This document shows positions 28,685-38,871 of a DNA stretch of 64,000 bases, piece by piece. Source of the stretch: an uncultured Gemmataceae bacterium. GTDB lineage: Bacteria; Planctomycetota; Planctomycetia; Gemmatales; Gemmataceae. The notes below the pieces were generated by a model, which was given only the letters and a program-made list of their open reading frames with translations, did not search any database and was not told the origin of the DNA. A program made the translations under genes and the position numbers. The stretch spans positions 992,001 to 1,056,000 of the forward strand of contig CAVVPN010000011.1 in assembly GCA_963750165.1 (NCBI GenBank). The letters run 5' to 3'. Each line of letters opens with the position of its first letter. The first letter of the stretch is position 1.

Positions 28685-30445
28685 ACAGCCATCTCCAGTG
28701 GTTTTCCACCATCAAATACGATCTCGCCGAGCATCCGAATCACTGAGAAGGATTTGAGCTTCATTGCTCCCGATCAGTCGTTCCATCGCGCAGGCTTGAT
28801 TGGGTTCGCCTCCAAGGGTCCGATTAACGTCCCGACGCTGATCGCCACTGATAACCAGTTGGCGACCGTGTTTGGCTACCCGCACCCTGAGTCTGGCGAT
28901 CCTTACCTCATCTACGCCGCCAAGCAATATCTGCTCGTGGGTAACGAGCTTTATGTCGTGCGCGTAGCTGACACCGATAACGTCTCCGACGAGCAGGCCC
29001 ACACCGCAAGTGTGGCTGTGCCCAGCGCCGGTGGACAGATCAGCATTCTCGCCAGCAAGGCAGGCCCCTACACCTTCGGTGTGGACTCCTTCTTCCGCTG
29101 GAGACTGAACGGCGTCCTGCACAGCAAGACGCTCGTGATGCTTGCTGGAACTTACAGCGCCGCGCAGATGGCCGAAGACCTGAACCTGCAAGTCGATCCT
29201 GAGATCGACGGCATCAGCTTCTTCTACGACCAGAGCAGCACGCACGTCGGCGTTGAAACGACATGGGCCTTCGGTCCCGACGCCTCCTTCGAGTTCGTCT
29301 CGGTGCAGGACGCCATGTACGGCGACACTGTGCTGCACGGCAACCCGACTGGTTGGGGTACGGGCATGACCAAGGCTGCGATCACTTGCAGCAACGACCG
29401 CTACCCAGCCTCTTACCAGAGCGCCGGTGAGTACGACTTCACAGGTCTGACGAACCAGAACCTCCAGATCGTCATCGACGGCACCGACAACGTGCTGATT
29501 GATAACGTCGTGCAGGTCATTGACCTTAGCTCTCTTGAGGGCTCCGAAGTCACGATTGCCACAATCGTCAATGAAATCAACCTCCAGAGCGTAGACAACG
29601 GCGGCACCCTACCGGGTGGCTGGATCGCTTCCGCCACTGGCAACAACCTGACCTTCAAGACGCTGACCACGGGTGTAGACGCCCGCTTGCTCTTGAAGCC
29701 AGACGGCACCGCTAACGGCATCTTCGGCGTCAGCAGCGTCACAGTGCTGGGCACCAGCCCGCAGGGTGACAGCGGAGACGCTGGCGTTGCGACCTACGGC
29801 ATCATCAACGGTGACGCCAACGTAGATGGGGCGACGACCTTCACGATCACGGCGGACTCCGCTGGTATCGACGGTAACGCCACGCAGGTTGTGATTGAGA
29901 ACAACGTCCGCGAAGGCAACTGGACGATGCAGATCTACAACAACGGCGGACAGGTCGAAAGCTGGGGTGGTATGGTCAAGGACCAGAACTCCTCCTTCTA
30001 TGTCGAAACCTTCCTCGCCTTGGTGTCGGACTGGATCAGAGTTACCGACAACACCGCGAACGCGGCCCCGCCGCTTGATGGAACGTACACCTTGACGGGT
30101 GGCACAGACGGTATTCCATCTGACCCCGACAAGCAGGACGCCCTGATCATCGGCAACCAGTTGGCTTACACCGGCATCTACGCCCTCTCCGAACCGGAGC
30201 AGATCGACATCGACCTGATCGCGGTTCCGGGCCACGCTTCGACCGCAGTGGTCTCGGCCTTGCTCGATCTTGCCCAGAACGTCCGTATGGACTGCTTGGC
30301 GATCATCGACCCGCCGTTCGGCCTGACGGTGCAGGAGATCGTGGATTGGCAGAACGGTAGTCACCCGCTGATAAGATCATGTGTAGCGGCGAAAGCGCGC
30401 ACCCGTCTCCTCGGCCTCGGTGATCGCTGCGTCAAGGACCGTTAG
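28685..30445 (+). pseudogene. Truncated contractile phage tail-sheath protein
   Basis: ISPSIRITEKDLS...AGLIGFASKGPINVPTLI (sheath N-terminus) and LTGGTDG...IDIDLIAVPG...CLAIIDPP (sheath central domain). No ATG at the expected start, and the similarity stops near 30370, before the C-terminal domain. Confidence 0.8.
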
Positions 30446-30522
30446 TACGATCTGGGCCGCATCGAGCTTGTCGTGTAGTGGCACGAGCCGTTCGTCAGTT
30501 CCCCTCTCGACGCGGATGAAAC

Positions 30523-30684
30523 TCACTTCTTCCCTTTGGTGTCCTTCTTCTCCTTGCGCGGCCTGTTCCAGTATGGGCTCTTGCACTTGGGGCAGACACG
30601 CGGTTCCTCGGTGCTTCCTTGCCGCTGAACCCAGACGTGTCCGCACCTCTCGCACTGCCACCCAGACAACTCGACTTTCGCCAT
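30523..30684 (-). CDS. Small Zn-ribbon protein
   Basis: MAKVELSGWQCERCGHVW...VCPKCKSPYWN (two CxxC pairs) with a basic tail. Confidence 0.7.
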   Translation of the reverse strand: MAKVELSGWQCERCGHVWVQRQGSTEEPRVCPKCKSPYWNRPRKEKKDTKGKK

Positions 30685-31042
30685 AGAAAGCCTCGATGAG
30701 CGCAATTCAGCAACCAACTTCCTCACGAGAGTATATCCACTAAAGGAATATACTTCAAGGAAATCGTTTCCGGTTGCTCGCAGCGCGATCTTCACGGACC
30801 TGTCCACACGCACGGGAAACGCCGAGCAGTGGGGTTGCCGCTAGACGGACGATGCCCGCTGGCTGCGAGTCCACGGCTACATCCACGCGGCCTCGGCTCG
30901 GCTGGTCTGCTCCGGGTTCAAGTACCACGCCCCTGAGACCAAGGCAGAGGTCGCGGTCAAGGACAGTCGTTACAGGGTCAAGGTGGTCATCTCGGAATAG
31001 CCACCAATCGGCGAGCCGTCAGTATCCGTAGCCACGTTTTCG

Positions 31043-31071
31043 TGGACAAGGGCCGACCAGAGCCGTAAAAT
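31043..31071 (+). promoter_or_regulatory. sigma70-type promoter, nearly leaderless, for the RHH gene
   Basis: TGGACA, a 17-nt spacer and TAAAAT, 8 nt before ATG 31080. Confidence 0.45.
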
Positions 31072-31079
31072 GGGGCGGA

Positions 31080-31274
31080 ATGGGACGCAAGAAGTTGCCA
31101 CCAGAGCAGGCCCGCGAGAAGCCGCTGCGCATCCGCCTCAATGCGGAGGAGCGGCGGCTAGTGGATGGAGCCGCTGAAGCTCAAGGGCATCGGAACACCT
31201 CAGCATGGGCGCACGAGGTGTTGCTCCGGCTGGCATCTAAAGTCCTGAACGAAGGAGACGTAAGAGAGCCTTGA
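31080..31274 (+). CDS. Ribbon-helix-helix (MobC/DUF1778-like) DNA-binding protein
   Basis: PLRIRLNAEERRLVDGAAEAQGHRNTSAWAHEVLL. Confidence 0.65.
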   Translation: MGRKKLPPEQAREKPLRIRLNAEERRLVDGAAEAQGHRNTSAWAHEVLLRLASKVLNEGDVREP

Positions 31275-31518
31275 CCGTGGCAGAATGAGGGCCTCGGTAA
31301 CAACCTGACTGACGCGCGTGCGTCAAGAACTGCTTTCAGTGAAACCGCCAACCTGAGCGGGCAACCGCTCTTGTATCCAGACGAAGCAGCCTTGGCCGCG
31401 CTCCCGTAAGGGAGCGCTGGGCCTTGTGCTGTTCGTCTGCGCCCTTGGCGGGGGCCACTGGAGCGGCCTTGGTTTGGCGCTCTCTATTTTGTTGGCCCCG
31501 CCAACCGGGAGAACAGCA

Positions 31519-33374
31519 ATGGCACAAGACTGGTTCGTCAGCCGTGACGGCGAGGAGACTGGCCCGTTCACCACACCGCAACTCAAACAGATGGCCGCTA
31601 CCGGGAAGCTCCAGCCCGACGATAAGGTTCGGCGCGGCGACATGAAGGCCGCAAGCAAGGCCAGCAGCATCAAGGGGCTCCTTACCACGGTCGAGCCCGC
31701 GCCCGCGAAGCCGTCCCCGCCTCCACCTTCGACTGAACCCCGGCCACCTGCCGCCCAGAAGAAGGGCGTTCCATCGAAGAAGACCCTCATCATGGCGTCC
31801 GTTGTCGGCGGCGCGTGCCTGTTGCTGTGCTGCGGCATCTTCGGCATCTTCGGCCTTTTCGGCCTGAAGATGCAAGACAGCACCCGCAAGCAACTGGCGG
31901 AAGCGGACACCCTCTGGGACAAGGGCGACAAGACGGGTGCGGTGAGCAAGTACCGAGCGATCCTCGACGACCACCGCGCCACCTTCCTCAAGGAAGAGGA
32001 TCGGCCTCGCGTCTATGGTCGGGTGATCGACTTCGACATGGAGAGCGGCAACAAGGACTCCGCGAAGAAGTTGCTCGCTGACGCCATCCAGAAGAAGGTC
32101 GAGCCTGCGGTCAGCCACCCCGATGCGAGGACCGCCCTCGCCGCCGCCCGGCGAGAGCAACAAGCAAAGGCCGATGCCACACAATTCACGTGGAAGCAGC
32201 CCGAGGGTTGGTGGGGAGACACCCTCAAGTCGTCTGACCTGCGGTTCCGCCCCATGCCCGGCGCTGACTACACCGAACTCGTCACGGCGCTCAACAGCAG
32301 GAAGCCCGAGCAGGTCGCCAAGCTCCTCCAGCACGTTGATCCGCACTCGCTGTTCACTAGCGACGAACTGAAGGTGATGCAGACCCCGTACTACGGCATC
32401 GTCAACTTCTCGCGCGATGTGGTTTATCCCAATGATCCTGTCGAAGCCTACACGGAGGTCCAACATGGTGAGATGAGGGCGCGGACGCCAAACCAGAGAA
32501 GTTCAAGACGCCACTGTTCTTGGTCAGCGGCAAGCCAGACAACAGCACGGGCGGCGTGGTGTCGGGCACGTTCTACCGGAGCTACGAGTTGAAAGAGGAG
32601 AAGCGGACGAGGCTGATAAAAAAGACGGTGGCCCTGAAGCTCGACTTCAACTACACCGGCCCGGACCTCAAGATTACTGGTGTCAAGGGCGCACGCCTGA
32701 GTTGGATCGTCATCCGCATCCCGGCGATCTTCAACGACGAGAAGTGCTATGGGTGGGATGCCATGATCTCGACCATCAATGATCGGGTCGCGTATGTCCA
32801 TTTCATCGAGAGAAGGGAGAATGCGCTCGACAAGATGGACTTCGAGCGGACTGTACCCGGCACCGGGAACCTCGCTCCCACCGATAGCGATCTCTATCGC
32901 ATCAAGTACGACCTCACTGATCCTGCACGGCCTTACACGATTGAGGATGGATCAGGGCGCAAAATCGGGCCGACACAGCCCACCAACGATGGCGAGGGCT
33001 GGAAGGGCGGGACAATCGCTGACTTCATTTCACGAATGAACCAGTTCGCCCGCCAAGACTGGCCCAAGATCGGTTGGCTGACCTTCGACCCAGCGAAGGG
33101 AAGTGCCCGAACGCTCGCCCGAAGCGAAGCTGAGTTCTACAAGCGCTTCGGCAAGCCCATCGAGAACGTCGTGGACAAGAACAAGGCTGACAACTCGGCC
33201 AAGCCCAAGGACGCCTCCTACCGCGAGCGGTTTCGGTTGTGGACCTACCGTTGCACGGATGGCACCGTCACGCTGCACGTGGAGCCCACGCACATCCAGC
33301 CTCCATCGGGTCTGGGCGACCCGATAGAAGTGCTGGACATCAACATCGGGCCGGGTGACTGCGTGAAAAAGTAG
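31519..33374 (+). CDS. GYF_2 (DUF4339) domain membrane protein, frameshifted near 32470
   Basis: WFVSRDGEETGPFTTPQLKQMAATGKLQPDD, a Pro-rich linker and one TM helix (LLLCCGIFG). The reading frame switches into the 32520-33374 ORF. Confidence 0.65.
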
Positions 33375-33421
33375 CGGCGGGTTTCTGCCGCTCGCCACGA
33401 AATTCGCCAACCTGCTACAAA

Positions 33422-33457
33422 CGGAGGGCCTTCGAGTTGAAACTCGAAGGCCCTCCG
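33422..33457. terminator. Long GC-rich hairpin, probable terminator
   Basis: CGGAGGGCCTTCGAGTT-GA-AACTCGAAGGCCCTCCG, downstream of the GYF_2 gene. No clear U-tract. Confidence 0.55.
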
Positions 33458-33632
33458 CACGACTTCCTCACCAATTCCCGGCCTCACCTTCCAGTATGAT
33501 ACCGGAAAGATATTACCAAAAATCATACCGCGCCGCTTTCACGGCGTTTCCAAGGGACGTATAGTGGTTTCGGTATGACATCGCTGGGATGTCACCGAAC
33601 GTATATTACCGGGAGTAGCGGAGGGAACTGGT

Positions 33633-34256
33633 ATGAATGCCATCCAGCACCACCTGCATCGTCTTAGTGCGTCTCGCGCGGCCCTTGAATGGGCGCGTAC
33701 CCAAGACTGCCCCAACGACGCATGGAATAGTTGCCCACGGGGAGACTGGCTCCTCTGCTTGGCTGCGAAACTCGGCGTCGAGCACCGGGTCGTCGTCCTC
33801 GCTGCCTGCGCCTGCGCTCGGCTCGCTCTGCCGTTCACGAGGGACGACCGCCCGCTCCACGCCATCTTGGTGACGGAGCATTTGGTCACGGGCGACAAGA
33901 CAGTCGCGGTGCAGGACATGAGGGACGCCGCCAAGGATTGTGACGACGCGGCGGGCGATGCGGCGTGCTTCGGCGATCTCGCGGCTGCAAACGTGGCCTA
34001 CGCCGCCATGTACGCCACTATCGCCGCCTTGCCGGGCAATACGCCGAAAACGGCGGCTGGCGATGCCGCTGCGGCGGTGGCCGAAGCCGCAGCAGACGCA
34101 GCGACCAGCCCAGCAGAAGCCGATCAGGCGAGGACCGCCATGCAGCGGGCATGTGCCAACATTGTCCGCAACAAGATCGACGAGGCCGTGATCATGCGGC
34201 TCTGGTGGGAACACGCTACTCGTTCTGACCGGGAGGATCAGCCATGCACGCACTAA
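33633..34256 (+). CDS. Ala-rich helical hypothetical protein (phage/Imm5-like)
   Basis: AWNSCPRGDWLL..VVLAACACARLAL..DDRP pattern. Overlaps the next gene. Confidence 0.5.
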   Translation: MNAIQHHLHRLSASRAALEWARTQDCPNDAWNSCPRGDWLLCLAAKLGVEHRVVVLAACACARLALPFTRDDRPLHAILVTEHLVTGDKTVAVQDMRDAAKDCDDAAGDAACFGDLAAANVAYAAMYATIAALPGNTPKTAAGDAAAAVAEAAADAATSPAEADQARTAMQRACANIVRNKIDEAVIMRLWWEHATRSDREDQPCTH

Positions 34257-34897
34257 CCACCGCACGGGCAGAGCCCTATGTGTGGGTGTCGTGGATCACC
34301 AAGTTGCTCGCGGGCGAGTCGTCTTGCCTGTGGTCAGCATGGCTCCGTGCCCACTACCAGACGGCCAAGGCCACGAGCGGCTTCGACATGGGGACGTGGC
34401 AGATGGACCACTCGGCTATGCTCCGCAAGACCGCCGCTGATCACGAGAAGGAGGGATACGAGGTCCGCACCGAGGGCCAGAACATGTTCGCCCTGAAGGG
34501 GAAGGCAGGCACACTGTCGGGGAAGCCAGACGTGGTGGCGGTCAAGGACTTGGCAGGCTGGGTGGTGGATACGAAGACCGGCTCGCCGAAGGCGTCCGAC
34601 CGGGTGCAGGTGATGATCTACATGTGGGCGTTGCCGAAAGCCATCCCGGCTTTCAAGGACGTGACGTTCCACGGCAAGGTGGTGTACAAGACCGGCTACA
34701 GCATCATCACGCCAGAAGAGGTTGATACCTTGTTCATCAAGATGGTGTCCGATCTGATGAAGCAGATCTGCGCCGAGGACGAGCCGCGAAAGGCTCCGAG
34801 CTTCTCGGAATGTCAGCACTGCCCGATCACGGTCGAGGACTGCCCCGACAGGGCTGGGGCCGTGAAGGTCTATGAGGGCGAAACCGATGAGTTCTGA
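34244..34897 (+). CDS. Solo Cas4-like PD-(D/E)xK nuclease
   Basis: SGKPDVV, VVDTKTG, QVMIY and C-terminal CQHC.....C, plus an N-terminal Cys (possible Fe-S ligand set). Confidence 0.7.
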   Translation: MHALTTARAEPYVWVSWITKLLAGESSCLWSAWLRAHYQTAKATSGFDMGTWQMDHSAMLRKTAADHEKEGYEVRTEGQNMFALKGKAGTLSGKPDVVAVKDLAGWVVDTKTGSPKASDRVQVMIYMWALPKAIPAFKDVTFHGKVVYKTGYSIITPEEVDTLFIKMVSDLMKQICAEDEPRKAPSFSECQHCPITVEDCPDRAGAVKVYEGETDEF

Positions 34898-34994
34898 GCC
34901 GCAGAACGTATTCTTTTGAGCGGGCCGCGCCGAACAAGGAAAGTCTCGGCGCGGCCTCGTTGTTGCGGACCACATCGCCGAGCGTTGGTCGTTT

Positions 34995-35873
34995 CTACGC
35001 CAGTTCCTTGACAATCCTCGTGACCCGCTCCTTCAGAACACCGAACAAATGCGTTGTGTTGCCGGGAGTGATTTGGATTGTGTCATCCACGATGATGAGG
35101 CGGTCTCCTTGGAGAACCGGAGTGGTGGTCCCGGTCGCGTCCAAGAAGCGCGCCTTGTACTTGCCGAGGTCAGGTCCGAACCGACCGCCGTTGTGCGCCA
35201 GCGCGTGCCTGACCAGTTTCGCAAGATCGACTTCGGCGTCGGTCCAACAGTAGTCCCTCAGCGGTGCTCCGAAGTGTCTGGCGAAGGCATCCTTGATCTG
35301 GTCCTTCTTCGAGTTGTAGGTAGGCTCCTTGGTCCTGATGACGTTGGCAAGGAAGTCTTCGTAGGCGAAGAACAACGAGCCGTAGTTGCTGCGCTGAGTG
35401 CCGAGAATGGAGAACTGGAACTCGGAGGCGTGCGTCAGGAAGTCCCAGTATCCTGCGAGCGGAAATTCCACGTTGGACTGGGCGGTCTTGAGGGCATCGT
35501 GTGCCTCCTGCTCGATCTTGGTGACAACGCGCTTCAGGGTCGCACGCTGGTCGAACTTGAGGCTGTGGTGCATTCGTGATTCCAGTTTGGTCACAATGCC
35601 CTTAATGACCTCGCCAGAGTAATTGGCACGAAACCGCAAGCTGCCATTGCCTTCGCCCTCGGCGAAGCGTTTCATCGAGTGGGCCATGAGCCACGGCAGC
35701 ATGTGCGACCCATTCGTGGACCGCCAAGCCACCATCAGGATGCTGATGGCGTCGTTCAAGGGCGATTTCTCGACCGCCTCGAACGTGCTCTTACACCAGC
35801 CGTGGTCGAAGAACTGCTGGTATGAGTCGAGGTTCGGGTCGATGAGAACGTGGTCGATGATGTCTTTGTCCAT
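34995..35873 (-). CDS. Hypothetical protein with a HEPN-like RxxxxH motif
   Basis: FFAYEDFL...LVRHALAHNGG. Confidence 0.55.
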   Translation of the reverse strand: MDKDIIDHVLIDPNLDSYQQFFDHGWCKSTFEAVEKSPLNDAISILMVAWRSTNGSHMLPWLMAHSMKRFAEGEGNGSLRFRANYSGEVIKGIVTKLESRMHHSLKFDQRATLKRVVTKIEQEAHDALKTAQSNVEFPLAGYWDFLTHASEFQFSILGTQRSNYGSLFFAYEDFLANVIRTKEPTYNSKKDQIKDAFARHFGAPLRDYCWTDAEVDLAKLVRHALAHNGGRFGPDLGKYKARFLDATGTTTPVLQGDRLIIVDDTIQITPGNTTHLFGVLKERVTRIVKELA

Positions 35874-35912
35874 TTGGGCGACTCCTTGTTGAGCTTCTCC
35901 TGCGAACGCTGT

Positions 35913-37136
35913 TTACTGGCTCTTCAAGACATCCGCAAGTCGGGCGCGGGCAGACACGAGAAACTGCAAGTGACCACCAGCGGGACGGCCAGCCTGCTCC
36001 CATAGGTCTGCTGCAAGCTGCTCGACTTTTTCTTGGAACAGGCGTTCGCGCCGGTCTTCTTCCTTCTCGGCAGCACCAAGACCCGCATGATGCTCCCGTA
36101 GCGAGTTCAGGACATCGGGCGAGGTGCCATGGTGATTGCAGTAGTGCCTGAACCACCAAGCGACGACCTTGCCGACGTTGCCGATCTCCAGAGCGCACTT
36201 CCACATCTCCGTCAGGAACATCCACGTCAGGACTGCACGCTTGCCGTGGACCTCAGCCAAGCACGCCTCGTACTGCCGCTGCTTCTTCTCGTCCGGCTGG
36301 TGGGCGTACTGCGTGTACAGGAACACGTCGATCAGCCGTTTTGTGGTGAACGTGCAGGTGCCAGTCGGCACAAACGGTCGGGCTTCCGGCACTGCTGCCA
36401 GATGGCTCCCGTACTCCTTGGCCGCACCTTCGACCCACTTGCTGTAGGAGTGATCCCCGAGGGCCGTCAGAAAAATAGGCACGACCTTCACGAAGCTCGC
36501 CGGATCATGAGGTCCGGTCATATAAAGGCGACGGAAGATCGTCACGAAGGACCGGATTTCGTCATCAGTCGCAGGAGTCTCCACGGTAGGGTTACTGGCA
36601 GGGCTCATGAAGCCGCTGGATGAAATCAACGAGCCGGGGCCGTCCTTCATGAAGGCCGAGGTCAGCATCTCCTGTAGGTCTCGCACGAAATAGCCCAAGA
36701 GCCTGATCTGCTCTGGGGAGAGCGTGACATCGGCGAGCGGCACCGGCTTCGGCTCGGCAAGCATGAAGTCGATGTCGTGCTGTTTCGCACCACTGGGAAC
36801 GACTCGGGCCGTTGGGCTCCCGGTCAAGATCTGGGCCATCTCGTCGTGCGTGATTTCTCGGCCAGTTTCGTCCTCCAGATACTCGGAGGGGCCTACGGTG
36901 AGGAACTTGTCCCAGTCATTCGGGTCGCCGGGGCCTTCCAGCGCGCCTTCGACGAACCGATGGCGGTACTTCAGGATCTCCCGCTCGGTCCTGCTGGACT
37001 TGTTCTCGGCCACAAGCTCGACGGTAGCCCGCGCGACAGGATCGAGGGTCTTCGTGTCGAGGTAGAGGTAGCGGTCCTTGAACTGCCGGTCGGCTCGGTC
37101 CAAGTAGCGGATTTTCCAGAACAGCATCATGGGCAT
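35913..37136 (-). CDS. Hypothetical protein
   Basis: 407-aa ORF with AAGGAG RBS and no recognised family. Confidence 0.7.
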   Translation of the reverse strand: MPMMLFWKIRYLDRADRQFKDRYLYLDTKTLDPVARATVELVAENKSSRTEREILKYRHRFVEGALEGPGDPNDWDKFLTVGPSEYLEDETGREITHDEMAQILTGSPTARVVPSGAKQHDIDFMLAEPKPVPLADVTLSPEQIRLLGYFVRDLQEMLTSAFMKDGPGSLISSSGFMSPASNPTVETPATDDEIRSFVTIFRRLYMTGPHDPASFVKVVPIFLTALGDHSYSKWVEGAAKEYGSHLAAVPEARPFVPTGTCTFTTKRLIDVFLYTQYAHQPDEKKQRQYEACLAEVHGKRAVLTWMFLTEMWKCALEIGNVGKVVAWWFRHYCNHHGTSPDVLNSLREHHAGLGAAEKEEDRRERLFQEKVEQLAADLWEQAGRPAGGHLQFLVSARARLADVLKSQ

Positions 37137-37213
37137 CTCCTTGTCTTCGGCAGGCCCTAAGTTAGTAAGGACACGCCAGTTCGTTTCAGGTTCGCGTTCG
37201 GCCTACCTGACGC

Positions 37214-37945
37214 TCAGTTCCTTGACCCGCCTCGTCGTGGTGCGGAGGCACTCGCACCTTCCGTCCGTGAAGCGGCTGGCACTGCTGGTCCCCGACCGCT
37301 GACTTCACTGATGAGCCTGCCGGGTATCCTGTCGATCCTGTCAACGATCACACCCGAGGCGCTGTGCATGTCTTGGTAGACCCTCGCCGTGGCGGGAAGT
37401 CCGGTCATGTCGATTCGGACGATCCCCCAGTCCGGGTCGTTGAAGTTGTTCTTCTTGCCGAGGGTCATCATCCACCACTCGGCACTGTCGTTCTGGTCGC
37501 CCTCGTGGGACAACTTCGCGCAGACGTGGATAACGCCGTCCGTGTCGGGGAAGCCCGTGGCTCGCCGCTCGGCGTTGCTCGGCAACAGGCCCTCGCCGTG
37601 CTCGCCGCAAATCTTGGGAATCAGGCAGGATCGCGTGGCGTGGTAGCCGACCTCCAGCGGCCTCGGCAAGATGGGGGTCAGCCCGAAAGTCGGAAGCGTC
37701 TGGCCCTTATACTCAATGCTCTGGCCGGTCGTCAGGAAGAGCCACCCGATCCCGTCAAGCTCCTTGCGGATCTGCGGCTCGACACCCGCGAGGCCGAAGC
37801 CGGGCGCGAAGCCGATCCGCCAGAAGTGATGACCCTTGTAGATGTCGCTCCGGTTATACAGCAGCGACTCCCCCAAGTGGCGGCGTGCGATCTCTATCGC
37901 CTCTACGGCTGGGCGCGCCGACCAGAAGGTGAACGGGTCTTCCAT
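37214..37945 (-). CDS. Hypothetical protein with an ART-fold (Tpt1/KptA/DUF952-like) signature
   Basis: GYHAT......I...EGLLP...GVIHVC...IVRID...VYQD...VDRIDRIP. Confidence 0.45.
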   Translation of the reverse strand: MEDPFTFWSARPAVEAIEIARRHLGESLLYNRSDIYKGHHFWRIGFAPGFGLAGVEPQIRKELDGIGWLFLTTGQSIEYKGQTLPTFGLTPILPRPLEVGYHATRSCLIPKICGEHGEGLLPSNAERRATGFPDTDGVIHVCAKLSHEGDQNDSAEWWMMTLGKKNNFNDPDWGIVRIDMTGLPATARVYQDMHSASGVIVDRIDRIPGRLISEVSGRGPAVPAASRTEGASASAPRRGGSRN

Positions 37946-38009
37946 ACGGCTTTCTCAAGGGGTTGGATACTTGGCCTTCGGGATCGTGTTCGCTTGGTGC
38001 TGTGGCCCG

Positions 38010-38846
38010 TTACCTCACTCCCTTTTCGGTTTCCTCTACCAACACCGGGAACAGGCTGTGAAGCCGATCCTTGAGGTCGGGATAGTTCTCCAACAACAAC
38101 TCGACGATCACTCGTACAGGCACGCACTTCAGCAGCCTCGATTGGTCAAGCCATGCGTACTGGATGCCGTAGAGGCGCACATGCTTCTGCGGGTTGAACA
38201 GCATTCCATCCTCGGGGCGATCTACGCCCCAGACGCCTGCGCCGCTGAAACCATGCGGCGTCTCTGGAAGCCGTGAGGTTTCACAGGACAGATTTTGCCC
38301 GATCCCGTATGCTTCGTTGTGATAGTAGAGCGCGAATACGTCAGGCTTTACCCCGACAAGGTTCGTCCCGAAGGCGATCTGTGGTGCGGCGAGTGTGGAG
38401 TCCGTAGCCTGCGCCAGCTTGGCGGGATAGCCGATCACCCAGAACATCGGGACAGTGGCAGGGTCCGCATCCTTGCTCGGCGGTGTTGGAAGGTCGATAC
38501 AGACCTGTTCGATGTCACACGCGAAAACATCCGAGCGTTCTTGTAGCTCTAAGACGGCGATGTCCAGAGGCTCCCGTGTTATCTCCTTCAGGATACCCGA
38601 ACTCGACTTCTGGCCTTCCCCGAGCGGGAAGAACAACCTCATCTCTTCTTTGACGCTGACGCAGTGCTTGGCGGTGACGGCGAATAGGTGTTTCCCCGCG
38701 CGCAGCATGACCGCCGTGGCGATCTCCTTCCTCTGGTCAGACCAGCGAGAAAGTACCAAGTGGACGTAGGTTCGGGGGACGCTCACCAGTACAGTCAGTT
38801 CGCGCCTCGTCTCGACTGTCGGCGGCGGCAACGGTCGCATGTCCAT
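38010..38846 (-). CDS. Trypsin-like serine protease
   Basis: Catalytic triad contexts VTAKHC, DIAVL and GFSGAGV. No signal peptide is apparent. Confidence 0.75.
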   Translation of the reverse strand: MDMRPLPPPTVETRRELTVLVSVPRTYVHLVLSRWSDQRKEIATAVMLRAGKHLFAVTAKHCVSVKEEMRLFFPLGEGQKSSSGILKEITREPLDIAVLELQERSDVFACDIEQVCIDLPTPPSKDADPATVPMFWVIGYPAKLAQATDSTLAAPQIAFGTNLVGVKPDVFALYYHNEAYGIGQNLSCETSRLPETPHGFSGAGVWGVDRPEDGMLFNPQKHVRLYGIQYAWLDQSRLLKCVPVRVIVELLLENYPDLKDRLHSLFPVLVEETEKGVR

Positions 38847-38871
38847 GTTCACGTTCTCGCGTGAGAAGGGT

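Noticed and set aside
27212..30445. 1077-aa ORF as a single protein
   Set aside because: The first ~460 codons are the antisense frame of the IS transposase. Only the part from ~28685 is sheath-like.
28685..30445. Functional eCIS/T6SS/tailocin locus
   Set aside because: A single truncated sheath gene with no tube, baseplate or spike genes.
33400..35000. CRISPR-Cas locus around the Cas4-like gene
   Set aside because: No repeat-spacer array or cas1/cas2 was seen anywhere in the window.
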